A DNA stretch of 64,000 nt, taken from positions 1,371,270-1,435,269 of the forward strand of contig SMSO01000007.1 of NCBI GenBank assembly GCA_004764695.1. Reading direction: 5' to 3'. Both the position numbers and the translations under genes were made by a program. Positions 46,422-59,046 of the stretch are shown piece by piece. The first letter of the stretch is position 1. Every line of letters begins with the position of its first letter. The notes below the pieces were generated by a model, which saw nothing but the letters and a program-made list of their open reading frames with translations, was not told where the DNA came from and made no database searches. This stretch comes from Schizochytrium sp. TIO01. Its lineage: Eukaryota > Protista > Bigyra: Labyrinthulomycetes.

Positions 46422-46855
46422 CCATATTCTTAGTGGTTTGCAGCTTAAGAAGCATACTTTAAAAAAAAAGAAAAAGCATCGAAACCCCAGGTGACCTAAC
46501 CTTAGACATACTCTTGAATTATAGGGGCCCTTTGAAACTGGATGCCAACAATCTTATTGTGTCGATGAATCTTGGATCAGAGGCCGGCACAAGAGAAAAT
46601 AAAGTTAATAAGGTAGTCGAATATTATTCTGAAATCAACAGTTTATCCTTTTTAGAGACTAACTCTAGAAACTCGTTTTAAAAAGGTTATGGAGCGTCTG
46701 CCTTGAGAAACGAATGAGCTAGATTTGTGAAATTTCGTTTGCTTTCTAGCTGCACAACAGCAGGTATAAATATTTAAACATTTAGCTCCAAAAAGGTCTA
46801 ATATTTTTTAATATGTATTTTCCGTAGGTACGAGATCTTGCACTTATTTCTTCGT

Positions 46856-47809
46856 TCAGTTTTGTTCGTTTTTAGGCTCGCTCTTCGAATTCTTGTTTGT
46901 TTGGGGAGAGGCTTGGGGGCTGCCCATATATTCTTCTTTGATCTTCTGGCGCTTGGCAGCACGTGCGTCGCGGTTCTTACCCGCTGCCTCTCTTTTCTTA
47001 GCGAGTTTTTCTTGCTCCTCTTTAATTTCGGAAACAACCTCATCATCTGCAGAATATTTTGATGCCATGGAAGAGGGGTCACTACGATTGGAGCTACTTG
47101 TTGCATTACCGCGTCGCCGAGAACCTTGCTTCAAGTCAGCTTCAGTAAGAACGTAAGCCCAATGCTGAAGTGTTTGCCGTACCACTGGAGAAACCGACTC
47201 ATCATCGAATGCCTTACCCCCTGATCTAAGCACTTTCCCAATCAAATTGTTCCGCCAGCGGCCCGTAAGTCCAGCGCATTTCTTCCAGCGTGAAATTTGC
47301 CGCTCATCATCAGGGGAGCGGCGACCCCTAATAAAACGCGTGTACCAGCAGAACCAGCCATAAGGGTCTTGTGGCTTGATCCACCCTTTCTCCTCCCAGT
47401 AATTGAGGCCGAAGGGGTCATCGTGTTTACTGCCAAGCTTTGCACCACAATTCACTCCATACTTATTAACCTTCTCTTCATATTTCGTGTTGGCCACCTG
47501 TGTCTTGATATTGAGGCCCTTAAGCCACTCCTCGGGAAGCTCTTTCCACGTATCTTTATGGCACTTGCTAGTCACCCCGGAGAATATGTCACGAAAATAG
47601 CTCCCACCAAAAGATCCGCTCGCTAGGACCTCGTGCGGGAGCAAGTTTGGGCAGAAGTCTGGCATGTCTTCGAAAACAATGGTCCCATCCTTTTTGCGTG
47701 TTGGCAGGCTGCCATCATAAGTTGTGCCTTTCGCAATATCACCTGCAAGTTGTTCGCCTTCTTCAGGTGTCATTCGGGTTTGATACATTTCGATAGAGCT
47801 CCCGGTCAT
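46856..47809 (-). CDS. Conserved uncharacterised protein (FxPNL..GSFGG.YF / QDP.GWF.WY..F..GRR..DD.RQI.RW family)
   Basis: Trp/Gly-rich conserved-looking core ending SPVVRQTLQHWAY, followed by a basic low-complexity tail. First ATG at 47809. Confidence 0.7.
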   Translation of the reverse strand: MTGSSIEMYQTRMTPEEGEQLAGDIAKGTTYDGSLPTRKKDGTIVFEDMPDFCPNLLPHEVLASGSFGGSYFRDIFSGVTSKCHKDTWKELPEEWLKGLNIKTQVANTKYEEKVNKYGVNCGAKLGSKHDDPFGLNYWEEKGWIKPQDPYGWFCWYTRFIRGRRSPDDERQISRWKKCAGLTGRWRNNLIGKVLRSGGKAFDDESVSPVVRQTLQHWAYVLTEADLKQGSRRRGNATSSSNRSDPSSMASKYSADDEVVSEIKEEQEKLAKKREAAGKNRDARAAKRQKIKEEYMGSPQASPQTNKNSKSEPKNEQN

Positions 47810-50800
47810 CTTGACATAACAACGAGGTATATCTACACTTGACAAGCTCAACGTAAAGTTGTTTGTTCTAGCGATGGTTTACCTATACACCACGTTTGCA
47901 ATTTACGAGACTTCAAGTTTACTATAGTTCTAATCTGTGAAACGACCTTTTGAAGAAATCAGGTCTACTGAATATAGTTGAACTCAAGTAGCTAGATGTT
48001 CTTTACCCCGCCCAAGAAGGTAACTGCTTTAGCGACGGCAAATCTTCTCCTGGTTAAGCTGACGCTCTCTTGCTCCTGCAGTCCTGTGCCTCGTTCCTGG
48101 TCTTCAAGTTATCCTTTAAACAACTGAATCAGGTCTTCCTCGTGGCACTTCAGATGCCAGAGACCAGACCACCCACTAGGTGCTAGCCATCAAGATGGTT
48201 ATGATGACCACAATGATCGAATCTCACCATAGGCCCTTCCCCTCAAAGCCTTGGCCACCATCATGATGCTCTCAATGGTGGCGTACTCCAACTCGTCCAA
48301 CTCGTTTTACATTCTTCACCTCCTCCACAAACTAGTCCCCGGGGTATCCCCGAACACACCAATATAGACTGCGCAACCCAAGAAGGCGCGTGGCACACAC
48401 CTCTCTTATCCAGCTTCTCCTATGTCTTCACTTTTCAGTAAGCTTCCTTTTCCCACAGTTTCCCTTTTTTTTTTTCTTTTTTTTTTATTAAATCAATTTA
48501 CTTTTATCTTTCCTTCTACATTGATCGAAAGGTTTTTCATTTGCCTGGTACAACTTATATAAAAAACATTAATCGCATTCATATTCATGTACTTTAAGGT
48601 TCTATATAGGCCCTATATTTTCCACAGAAACCATTTTTTTAAAGTTTAGAAAATACAACATATTCGAGGGAAAGGTACCAACATTGCTACTTTTGAACCT
48701 TGAATGGAACAGGCGGACAGTTGAAACCTCTTCGAGCTCGACAATATTTATTCTTCGCAATTGATGTCTATGCAATAAGCCGTGAACTTCTTCAGAGTCA
48801 TCACCTCCCGATCTTATTCTCAAAAGCTTGAAGGCCGGCGGTTTTGTGCATAAATTGCGGCACCCCTAAAAAACTTGAGTGTGTAGTCAACCTCATTCGA
48901 AATAAAACATTCGTTTTCCTCTCCCTCCAGTCCAAGTTAGAGTTTAAGGCTTTGCACATTCGAGCTTTTGAGCATTCACACATTGTTCGTCGTGAGACCA
49001 TAGATTATATCGTCAACCAACACAGATACCTTTAGAAAGGATGCCCAACTCCTGCAATTTACGGGCTCTGCAGAAGCTCCCGGGACCTCTTTTCGGGCAC
49101 AGTCAGGCGGACGAGTTCTATTCAATTCATTCATCCATTCTCCTCTTGTACAGCATACTCAGTAATAGGAACCCCAGGGTCACACATCTTCGTCTATTAG
49201 AAACTGAAAGTGTGTTTGAATTACATATTATATATTTTTTCTTTAATTATATCTGTTAAATTAATTATTAGAAGAATAGAAAAAGAAAAAGATGGGGAAA
49301 TGAAAAATAGGAATAGAAAGGCAATCAATCCTATACACTTCCAACTAATTGATAACTTGATTCTCTGCAGCAAGCAATTGGTCAGTCCATTGAGCATTGA
49401 ATACTCTGCAGGAAGTGAGTGCATTGTTCTGGAGGCAGCGAATCCATGGCCCTCCTGGATGTCTGTATAGCTGGACATTGTCTGGCTGGTCAGCAATTGA
49501 TTCCATCCAAGTGGGTGAAGACTTGAAACAGTGTGTACCGCACAGGACATCGGAAGCTAGCTTTATTGTGGTAAAATAGATCGAGTTACAACTTCAAGGT
49601 TACACATCGCTCCATTACAATCGACGTCAGCACGGTGGGCCTCGTTACAAGTAAGTCTGTATTGCGTTACGATTCCAGAGTGCCTTGGGTGCTATACCGC
49701 ATTGCATCTCACCCCCTTGTGTACTTCCTTACGACATTCTCTTCTCTGCACTTGGATTTTTTATGAAGTTCAAGTTGTAATGCACCGCATTTTGATCGAC
49801 TCGTCTTCTTAATTGAATGGCAACGACGATAAAAATAATAATGAGAAGTGCATTACATCGATCGCAATTCCTACTTCCTGAACACCTTGAAAGTTCTTGA
49901 AAGAAGTGAATCACCTGAGGTGAAAGTTCAACTGCACTTCGTTCTCCAAGCACATCTCTGAGATCGCGAGCGACTCTGGAGGCCGGTGGAGCTAACTCGC
50001 TTGATTGGTTGGCACGCTCGAAGAGCCGAGACCGTGGTGGAGTGGAAGTCGCTGTCGAGACAAGGTTGCGACGAAGAAGACCAAGCAGAAGTTTAACGAA
50101 TCAGGACGCGACGAAGATTGACAAGTTGAACTACCCAAACTAAGTCGAAACTGGAAACACCCGCCCGTATCCATCACTGCAGTTCAAGAGCACATTCCAC
50201 ACTCCGACGAGGACACCCGCTTGCAGCTCCTTGCTCTCGCTCGTGTGCGTCAACCTCTAGTTGGACTTGCTTGCTTGCTTGCTTGCTTGGTACCCTCCCT
50301 GCTTTGCCTCCTCCCCTCGGCCTTCTGGGGAGTCCCGGGTGCACTCATCTGCATCGCCCTGCCCAGACCTGAGCTGCCCTCCAGAACAGCAAAACTTCGT
50401 TTCCTCCAACACGCGCTGGTGTCTGAGTCTGTCCACCATTGAGGAAGAATTCTAGCCAGCCCGGACCGCGTCCTGGTCCCCAAATCCTCAACAACGAGGC
50501 CCACCTTGCGATACTACTGCAATACCCACCCACCTACCTACCTGCCTACCTACCTACCTGCGTCGCTGTATTGATGTCAACAGCGAAGCAGTCAAAAGGA
50601 ATTACCGAGGGTATAAGTTGCTCCAACCTCCGTCCTCACGGCAAGGGCCGTCAGACCCTGTTCAACAGATCCCCTTTCAGGGTATCTACGTACCAGGACA
50701 TTGGATTTCAAGGAGCGAGGCGGATACAGACCTCCAATAGTCTGAGAGGCCTCGAGGAAGAGGCTCAAAGGAGCGTCTGCGTAAGAAGATTCATCGAGGG

Positions 50801-51528
50801 CTCGGACTATCTTCACAACGAACTTAATCCCGTTTGAGCACGGCTGCTGCTAGTGGCTGAGGCGACAGTTCTTCTTGAACGAATAGCAGGTCCTCGCTCT
50901 ATTAATGCTGTTGTCTTCATCGAACTCTTCAGTTTGCTCATCTTGAAGAAAGTGTAGAACATTGACGTCCAAATCCTAGTTCACAATAGCATCTTTGTCG
51001 TCGGATTGAGGTAATACCACGCACAACTACGCCATTTTGGTGGACTCTGCTGAGTACGGTGTGGCGTTTGGAACTCACAACGTTCGACCAAAGACAGTTT
51101 CCAATTCCAATACCAAGCCCTGGTAGTGCAAACCAAAACCAAAACCAAAACCGAAAACCAATACTTGCAGGTCTTGGTGAGGGTGGTGTGTACCCAAATT
51201 GGCTTACTGGACAGGGGTGTGACTAAGCGAGTTGGCAAAGCTGAGACACGTGCGTCTAGAAAAAGCAAGCTAGCAATTTGGGTGGATAACACGTAGGCTT
51301 ATACATTTATAACACCAACTCCACGAAAAGAAGTTTGGCTGCAGGTTGGAAACTGCAAAAACTTGCCACAGTGCTAGAATCAAAGGGTTGTAAACAAAGA
51401 CCAGAGAAGGGTTTTCCTACAACAAGAGAAGCAAGCGTTGAACAGACAAGATTAGAGAGTCACATTCTCAAGGACGGCCACCACCCTTACCTTCCAGGGG
51501 TAGTGGCCGCGTTGAGCAAACGAGCACC

Positions 51529-53175
51529 ATGCCTGAAATGGTCGGAGTTGAGGAGGAAGCGAAAGCTTTGCGCCACGATCAAGTTGAGAATTTTCGCCTG
51601 AGCGCAAGATTAGAAGAGCAAGCACTCAAACACCAGTCTGGACTTGAGTATGATGCATCAGATGATAAAGGGCACTGTTTGATCAATCCTTACTCTGGGT
51701 TTATGCAAGCATGGGATGTCACGCTGATTTTGGGTCTCGTGTATGTTGCTCTTGTGACCCCTGTTGACGCAGCCTTTCTTGAACCACACCTTTTTGACGC
51801 ATTGTTTTTCCTCAACCTCCTTATCGACATTCTCTTCTTTATCGACATCATCATTACATTCTGTTTGCCATATCTCGAAGCAGAAACAGGCCTTTGGATT
51901 CACACGCACCGTGGTATTGCCAAAAACTACTTTAAAACTTGGTTCTTCATTGATGTCGCCTCAATATTGCCCTTTGACTGGATCCTAACCGCTATTTATG
52001 GTGACGAAAATGACACCCACGCACTGCGTGCGCTGCGTCTGCTCAAGCTTCTCAAACTTATTCGCATCCTTCGAGGATCACGTATATGGCGACGCTGGCG
52101 TGATCGCATTGGTATAAACCTTACCCGTTTACAAATGTTCCTCTATATGTTCCTTGTGCTACTCATCGCACACTGGATCGCATGCATCCTTGGAGTCATT
52201 GCATATGTTGAAGGTCCAAGCTTGACAAGCGCAGATAACTGGCTTGGATACTACATTGAAAACAACCTTGGTTATGACCCAGACACCTTACCTGCTGGAG
52301 ACGTTTATCTCATCTCCTGGTATTGGGCAACTACTATTTTGACCACAATTGGCTTTGGTGACATTACTCCGCGAACGAATCTTGAAAGAGCCTTCGCTTC
52401 ATTTCTCATGCTGTTGGGAAGTGCTTTGCAGGCCTTTCTTATTGGTGTCATTTGCGGTCTCATAATGGAACTTTCAGAGACAGCCACGGAAAATCGAATC
52501 ACCATGAACAGCCTCAATGAGTTCATGAGCACGTACGATTTCCCGACCGAGCTCAAAATCCGCTTGCGAAAGTATTTTTATTATCTTCACTCTGTGCGGG
52601 ATTCAGCAAAGTATCAGTCACTTGTTAATCGCATGTCTCCACACCTCCAGGATGAGGTCAATTTACGAGTTAACGCATCTTGGATCAAGGAAATTCGCTT
52701 TGTGCAAGTATCACCGAACTATGAACTGGGTGGTTTTGTCTCAGCGTTAAGTAAAAACTTGCATATTGAGGTGTATGCCCCTTTTGAGCGTGTAATCTCA
52801 ATCGGAGATAAGGTGAACAAGTTGTTTATTGTTAGCAAAGGTATGATCGTCTTACATCTCGGCTCTGATATCATTGATGAAGACGCACAAGAAGTCTCGT
52901 ACGGAAACCTGCACGTGAGGCTAAGTCTCACTGAGGCGCTTCGAGAAGAGCTTGTTCGTGGTCAGTCTTTTGGGCATGAGCTTATTTACTCAGGGTTTAG
53001 GGCAATTTATAACGCCTCGACCTTGCAGTTCTCCGAATTACATGTCCTCACCCGTGTACAGCTTGATGAAATCCTAGCGGACTTCCCAGACACCAACCAA
53101 GCAGTTCAAGAATTTGCAAAGCGCAATCGAATTGTTGTAACCACCGCCGCTCATGACTACGAGCAAGCAGCGTGA
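51529..53175 (+). CDS. Voltage-gated K+ channel of the EAG/ERG/HCN (CNBD) superfamily
   Basis: INPYSGFMQAWD (S1 entry), YFKTWFFIDVASILPFD (S3), S4 LRALRLLKLLKLIRILR, pore YWATTILTTIGFGDITP, C-linker and CNBD-like region. Confidence 0.92.
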   Translation: MPEMVGVEEEAKALRHDQVENFRLSARLEEQALKHQSGLEYDASDDKGHCLINPYSGFMQAWDVTLILGLVYVALVTPVDAAFLEPHLFDALFFLNLLIDILFFIDIIITFCLPYLEAETGLWIHTHRGIAKNYFKTWFFIDVASILPFDWILTAIYGDENDTHALRALRLLKLLKLIRILRGSRIWRRWRDRIGINLTRLQMFLYMFLVLLIAHWIACILGVIAYVEGPSLTSADNWLGYYIENNLGYDPDTLPAGDVYLISWYWATTILTTIGFGDITPRTNLERAFASFLMLLGSALQAFLIGVICGLIMELSETATENRITMNSLNEFMSTYDFPTELKIRLRKYFYYLHSVRDSAKYQSLVNRMSPHLQDEVNLRVNASWIKEIRFVQVSPNYELGGFVSALSKNLHIEVYAPFERVISIGDKVNKLFIVSKGMIVLHLGSDIIDEDAQEVSYGNLHVRLSLTEALREELVRGQSFGHELIYSGFRAIYNASTLQFSELHVLTRVQLDEILADFPDTNQAVQEFAKRNRIVVTTAAHDYEQAA

Positions 53176-53468
53176 GCCTGATCACTTCTGGCCTTCCATT
53201 CTATTGATTCTGTGTAAACTATAATCGTACTTATTTCCTCTTTCATTATTATTTTCACATGGGCAGAAAAAGTGTTGCCTTCCTCGAACTTACGCTGTCC
53301 GCAGATGCATTCGAAAATGTTGCCAACTCTCGACACCAAAAAGTGAGTTCGTTCTTATAATGAAAATACATTTATTTATTTCTAAATTACGTTCGACCCC
53401 CACTCGAAAAGGACATTTTGTTATCTAATTTGCAGATCTCTCTGTTCTACTAACTAACCTGTGTCAGA

Positions 53469-55965
53469 TCAAACTGATGACAATGAAGATGACGATGACG
53501 ATGAAGCCTTGCCTAAAATGATTTCTGCTAGCACAGACTTTGTCGCACTAATTCCACCTCGTTTTGACCCTACACTTTGCACCGTTGGAACAAATGTCAT
53601 AGGCGACTGATCTATTGCAATAGTGCGCACATCTGCAATAAACTGCTCAAGCTCAGTATAGGAACTGTGCTCGGAATAAGGCACCGATATTATACGAATG
53701 CGTCTATCTTGAGAAGTCGTGTCCGTAATTTGTCGAGCATGACCGGTTGGTCGAAGGGCAACAATACGAGCATAACGTGTGCCAAGCATCCCTCGCAAGG
53801 AAGGCATACTAAGTTTACCCATTTCCACTAAATGAACTCGAGCTTTGCTTTTGTCTGTTGTTAAGCGTAGCAGATCATTGAGTTTCAAGTCTTCAAGACA
53901 TTTAAGTACACGAAACTTTGCGGGGCTCACATAAACTTTCTCCTTTTCAGGAAAACATGCTCTCAAGATGCCCCAAAGAAAACGCTCTTTGCCGATTGTA
54001 TATGCACCAACAACTATCAAGGTTGATTTAGCGGAGTTCAGACCAACAGCTGCAGTCAATGCATTATTAGACTCCACTTGGAGTGCCTTCGACACGAGCT
54101 CTGCAGCTTGAGAAATGGCCTGTTGTTGAGTAATAAACCGGCAGCTTGGGTCAAGATAGGTTGTGTCGAGGAATATTGTCTCAAGGTGAAAACCGCGGGG
54201 GATTCGCAATGTCTTTGTAAGATCAATGCGAGTTCGGTCGTAGCGAATATCACCTGTATGGAAGATGCAACTTCTTGGTCTTACGAACTTTGAAGAGAAA
54301 CATTGCTGCTCCGGGGCAGTGGTTTGCATCTAATGCAAGGACTTCGGCACCTTTGACACGAACTGGAGGTCCTCCGATTTCAATTTGATTAATACATCGT
54401 GGGTTTACCTTGAAGCGCATAGCGAGAAGTCGTGCAGTCGTGGGAGTGCAATAAATAGGTGCTTCATCCCATTTATAGGCAATACCTCCATAATGATCAG
54501 CATGGAAGTGAGTCAAGAAAAAAACATTTGTGTGCCGAGCAAACCTGTAGCGGAAACCATCAACAATAAAGCCAGCACAGTCAGGAACTTGGTTTTTCGC
54601 AGGTGGTGCGCTATAGCTGCCAGAGCTCTTTCCATACCAGGACTTCCTGGCTGCTGTCTTGACGGTCGAGGTCATGGACTTTTGCCGGCTAACTTTTCTT
54701 GGTTCCTTTGCGCTTTTCATCATCATTGTAAAGGCATTGTCAGATGAATTTGATTTAGAGACGGGTTGTCCTCGCATACCCATCCGCATAGTGTTCATGT
54801 TAACTTGATTTTCTTCATCCTCATCATCGTCTTCATCGAAGATAGCATCCATCAGGGCTTCGAAGTTTTCGTCACCAGCATCGCATTCGTCATCTTTAGC
54901 CTCGTCACCCCGATTGGAAATACGCGCAAATTGGCGCGGATCGGAGATTCCATTTGATTTTGCGCACACACGCAAGTGGCGAAGTCGGCGGGTTAGTGCA
55001 CTCTCGCTCACCCTTGTGCTAGCGAGATCTAAATCACAAACAGGACAACGGTAATTACGCCGCTGCATGCGATCAAGATGCTTATCCGCCTGGCAAACAG
55101 CTTCGTGGTCAGCTCGAGACTTCTCATCCATACTTGCTAAATTAGTCTCACAAATGCTGCATAAAACCGCGACCGCTTCCTCTCCTTCTGTAGAAACTGT
55201 GCTAATGATTACAGCTCCAGCTTGTCGTAATGCAGCCTTATTTGCGACCTCCTTAGTTCCGATCGTCTCGGGGTTCTTTTGCCTTTTGCTATTACTCAAT
55301 GTCTTTAACTGAGGCGTTCCTAGTCCATTCTCATTTTTCTTTGGGTTTTCTCTAGGGTGTTGATCTATCAAAGCTACTTCAATTGATCCATGTTTGGTTT
55401 CTTGTTGATCAATGTCACTGTTCATTTGTTCATTCTGAGAACTTTGAGAAAGATGAAGACAGATCACTTCATGCGTTCCTTGATGATCAGAGTCAACTGT
55501 ATCAATTTCAATAGGTACTTGCGCCTCAGTACGATATGTGCGTGGATCTTCAGACGGTGACATAGAATGGATGGCACCATCGTCACCTTTAGCCCTTTTT
55601 GCAGGGTTTCCAAGCTCTATACCTGATGTATACAAGGAAAGTGTTGTGGCGTCTTCTTCTGTCGCTCCAATAATGGTTTCTGCATTGTGCAAAACTGCAC
55701 GTTCATCCTCTAGACCAACCTCTTCTGATGAAAGTGCTGCAGACGATGCAGTTGCAGCCAGGGTAGCCTCTGTCACTGATTTTGATGGTGGGGATATTTG
55801 AAATATAGTTGATTCTGCGTCATTGGTTTTTGCCGCCGCCGTTGTCGAGACGGTGGTTGCCCCCTCAGGCGTCAGCGAAAACGCAGTTACCCAACTCCGT
55901 CTAGCGCTGTTCCTGTGTGCTCTCCGATGAGCTCGCCTTGCACTCAGCGTCAACGTGGAGTCCAT
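53469..55965 (-). CDS. DCLRE1A: DNA cross-link repair nuclease SNM1A/PSO2 (MBL/beta-CASP), split by a 1-bp insertion at ~54260
   Basis: VDGFRY, FLTHFHADHYGG (HxHxDH) and DANHCPGAAMFLF, then HTGD, LDTTY, GAYTIGKER and VPYSEHSSY.EL in the next frame. Upstream CxxC..H..C and CPVC..H...C zinc fingers. Removing one C from CTTCCATACAGGT restores LHLHTGDIRY. Confidence 0.88.
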
Positions 55966-56922
55966 CTGCTAGCAGAGGTTCCGCTTCGGCAGCTCTGGCC
56001 ATCACAACGCGACCTTCTACTGCACGCAAGTTGTTCTTGGCAATTGTTGATTGAAGTTAAGCTCGCCTCAAGGACCCGTTTTTCTCACGCTCCAGAGCAA
56101 CTCAACGCGATTTGCCTACGAAGTCCTTCCCTATCGACTTGACCATGAATCGTGATATGCTGTACGGTAAATGCCTCGCAGTTCCTTGCCTGCCTTAACT
56201 CAAGTTTGGAGGTTTATCGTAATAATTGAGTTTGCCGGAATATATGTGACAACCCCGACTAATTCTCTAGCCTGAATACCCTTCTTCATAACGAAAAGAA
56301 GTATGGGCTCACAGGCACTACAAATCATGTTCTCGATTGCCACACAATGGTTGTTCCTTTCACATTTTACCAAAGCAGTGTCAGCATTGCTCATGTCCTC
56401 TGCTAGTGTATCATAGACAAGTTGTCCACGCGTGATGGGCCAAGCAAGACCTCGGTTGTATTGTATATTTGGACTATCAAAAACCGAGCTTTTACGACTC
56501 TAGGGTATTTCTTCTTTTAATTGATGATGGGAGTAGTTAGGTACACTCCTCCTACTTAACTTACTTACACTCTCGTAACTAATATAGCTTTGTAAAGTTA
56601 TGGCCACTCTTATTTTCTTGTTCCGCAGCTAAGAAATGCCTTCTGCTTCACTTATGTGAGCAGGATTAGCAATTGCAAATCAGATTCACAAGAAAATTAT
56701 CACGAACGTGAGATTTATTCTTCATCAGGGGCAGACACCTCAGACTATCTACTTGACGATCATAGCCATTCTGGTAATCTTGATCATAAACTTGAAGATC
56801 AACAGCAAAAAAAAAAAAACTGGAGGACCTATCGTTTATAGACAACAGTACGCCTTAATATATAGCCTATGGTATTTAGTTGGAAAAGAAAAAGAAAGTG
56901 ATTAAAATAAGGAGCAAAAAGT

Positions 56923-57001
56923 TACTGTGAGTGGGACTCGAACCCACGCCCTTTCGGACCACGGCCTTAACGTGGCACCTTAACCGCTCGGTCATCACAG
57001 C
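56923..57001 (-). tRNA. tRNA-Leu (anticodon AAG)
   Basis: GCTGTGA-TG-ACCGAGCGGTTAAGGT-G-CCACG-TTAAGGC-CGTGG-TCCGAAAGGG-C-GTGGG-TTCGAGT-CCCAC-TCACAGT-A: full cloverleaf with long variable arm, followed by a TTTTT Pol III terminator (56916-56920). Confidence 0.95.
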
Positions 57002-59046
57002 TATGGAAGATCCTTTTTGTGATCATTGAAGACCCGAAACCAAATGACCAATATATAACAAAAGTACGGAAATAGTCATATATTTACTAATTAAAAATCT
57101 GCAAGGGTGCACCGCTTGATTTGGATTGGTGCATTCTAAATGCAACAGTTAAGACCAAGGAGCTGCCATAGTTATTTATTTGTTAGAATATTGTTCTCAT
57201 AGTAAAAAATATAAGAAAAGAAAAGGATATCTGAGAAGTAAAGGTAGGGGTAAGTTCCGGTGCAGGGTATGAAAGATTTTCGACCTTGTAGACCACCGGG
57301 TGCAGTCCACGACTATTATCCTGCTAATCATTTGGGTTGTCTTTGAGCTGAAAAAGTGCTGAATTTACTGCTGAGAGCCTGTACGTGTAAATACAATACA
57401 TCATTGGACTACGAAGGTCCCACTTGCCGGATCAACTTATTTCGTAAAATACACGAACGAGCGAGCGTATCCACCCGTTATTTCCACGATTATGCCTCTC
57501 AGAAAAAGCTGCAATGAAAGAACGATGATGTATGAGTGTTCCTCGCCCTTTCAATGATAATACTCTGCGAGTCTGATTGTTCCTTGGACTATAAATCCGG
57601 AAAAACAGAAACAAGTTGAAGTTGAAGCTGAAGTTGCAAAATAAGGCAAAACACGTGTGCAACAAGGGACTCTCTAGTTCTCTTTGAGCGAAGGGAGCAG
57701 CTCAAGGAAAAGTATACTTTCGAAAACTCCTGACGTGTGTCAAGAAAAGATGCGTGTCTGACCTCAAGAAAATTTATTTTGCGGCATCATCGTTTAGGTC
57801 AAACCATCCTCACTTTCTCTGTAAAGAATTGATCAAGTTCAATTCGAAATTATTGCTCTATGTTCGACAATTTTTGAACTCCGTGCGTTGACATGGTCTC
57901 CATGGTCAGCACAGATTAAAAAAAAATAAAAAAAAATAATAATAATAAAATAAAAAAACTGCGGAGGCCACTGATCAGTACACATGATCTTAAAGAAATC
58001 CGTGATTAAACAAAGATGTATGATATGATATAGCCACAGTTCAATTGAAAAGAAAAAAGAAAAAAAAAACACAGCCCGCGAGCAGAAATCAGTAAAGAAG
58101 AAATACTGTCGTAAAAGCAAGTACGTTAGCATTGTATCTGGAAACAAGATTTCTCCAAAACTTTCTTCGTGATCCAATCGAAAAGTAGTGATTAATCGGA
58201 CTAAACATTGGTATTGTCTCTTGAAATCCGTACCGTGATGAGCTGCAATATCCTGTTTCTGGGGTAGTATTGTATTCGTGGAGTTTTCGTCGTTCTCGAT
58301 GGACCACTATCATGCATCGAGTATCACTGGGATGGCCAATGTAATACACATAAATAAAATCAACCGATGGACACAAGCTTTCGCTTGGCTTCTTAATATA
58401 TGCGTCACTATTTTTCGGTAATACACTTGATCAAAATATTAAACTGACTTCGAAGATCAGAACTATTCTACTGAAGAAAGGTGTTGGGGCCATCACGATA
58501 GGTCTCAAGCATTGACTCTCTGTAACCGAGGCAAGAATCTCCATCATCATGACTACTCTTAAGCATCAACCCTCTCACCCTTGAGATTGTTTTGGTCCTA
58601 CCGGACCCGCTCCCTCTGTTTGCAAGCGTTGCCGAGGTCTACGACGCAACTTCTCCCAGCTCCCAGATTCCCCAAAGCAATCTCTCGAAATGTTTCCTGG
58701 CATGCCAGGAAGTGCCAAGTCATCTGTGAGCAGTTTTAAGTGACCTCGTTTGCGCAACGCAAAATGAATAGGGCCTCCTATCAATCAATAAGCATTATTA
58801 CTGTTTTAGAGTAGAAAGTAATGATGAAATAAATTAATTATGAGATATATGACGAAACAAGGAATTAGTAAATGCATGATCATATGAAGAGTGGATGAAG
58901 GAGGCAGACAACAAAGACGCAATCTAGTGCAGACGCCTGCCTGCCGAGCGAGAGACGCCCGACCGACCTGAGGGCCCTCGATTGGTTTCGACTGACGCAC
59001 TGCGGAGAGTAGGACTCTAGCGGGGCTCCGGGCTGAAAGGATCAGC

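Noticed and set aside
49003-49020. Minus-strand LVDDII as a reverse-transcriptase YxDD motif
   Set aside because: Lacks the Tyr and flanking RT motifs, and the frame has many stops; insufficient support.
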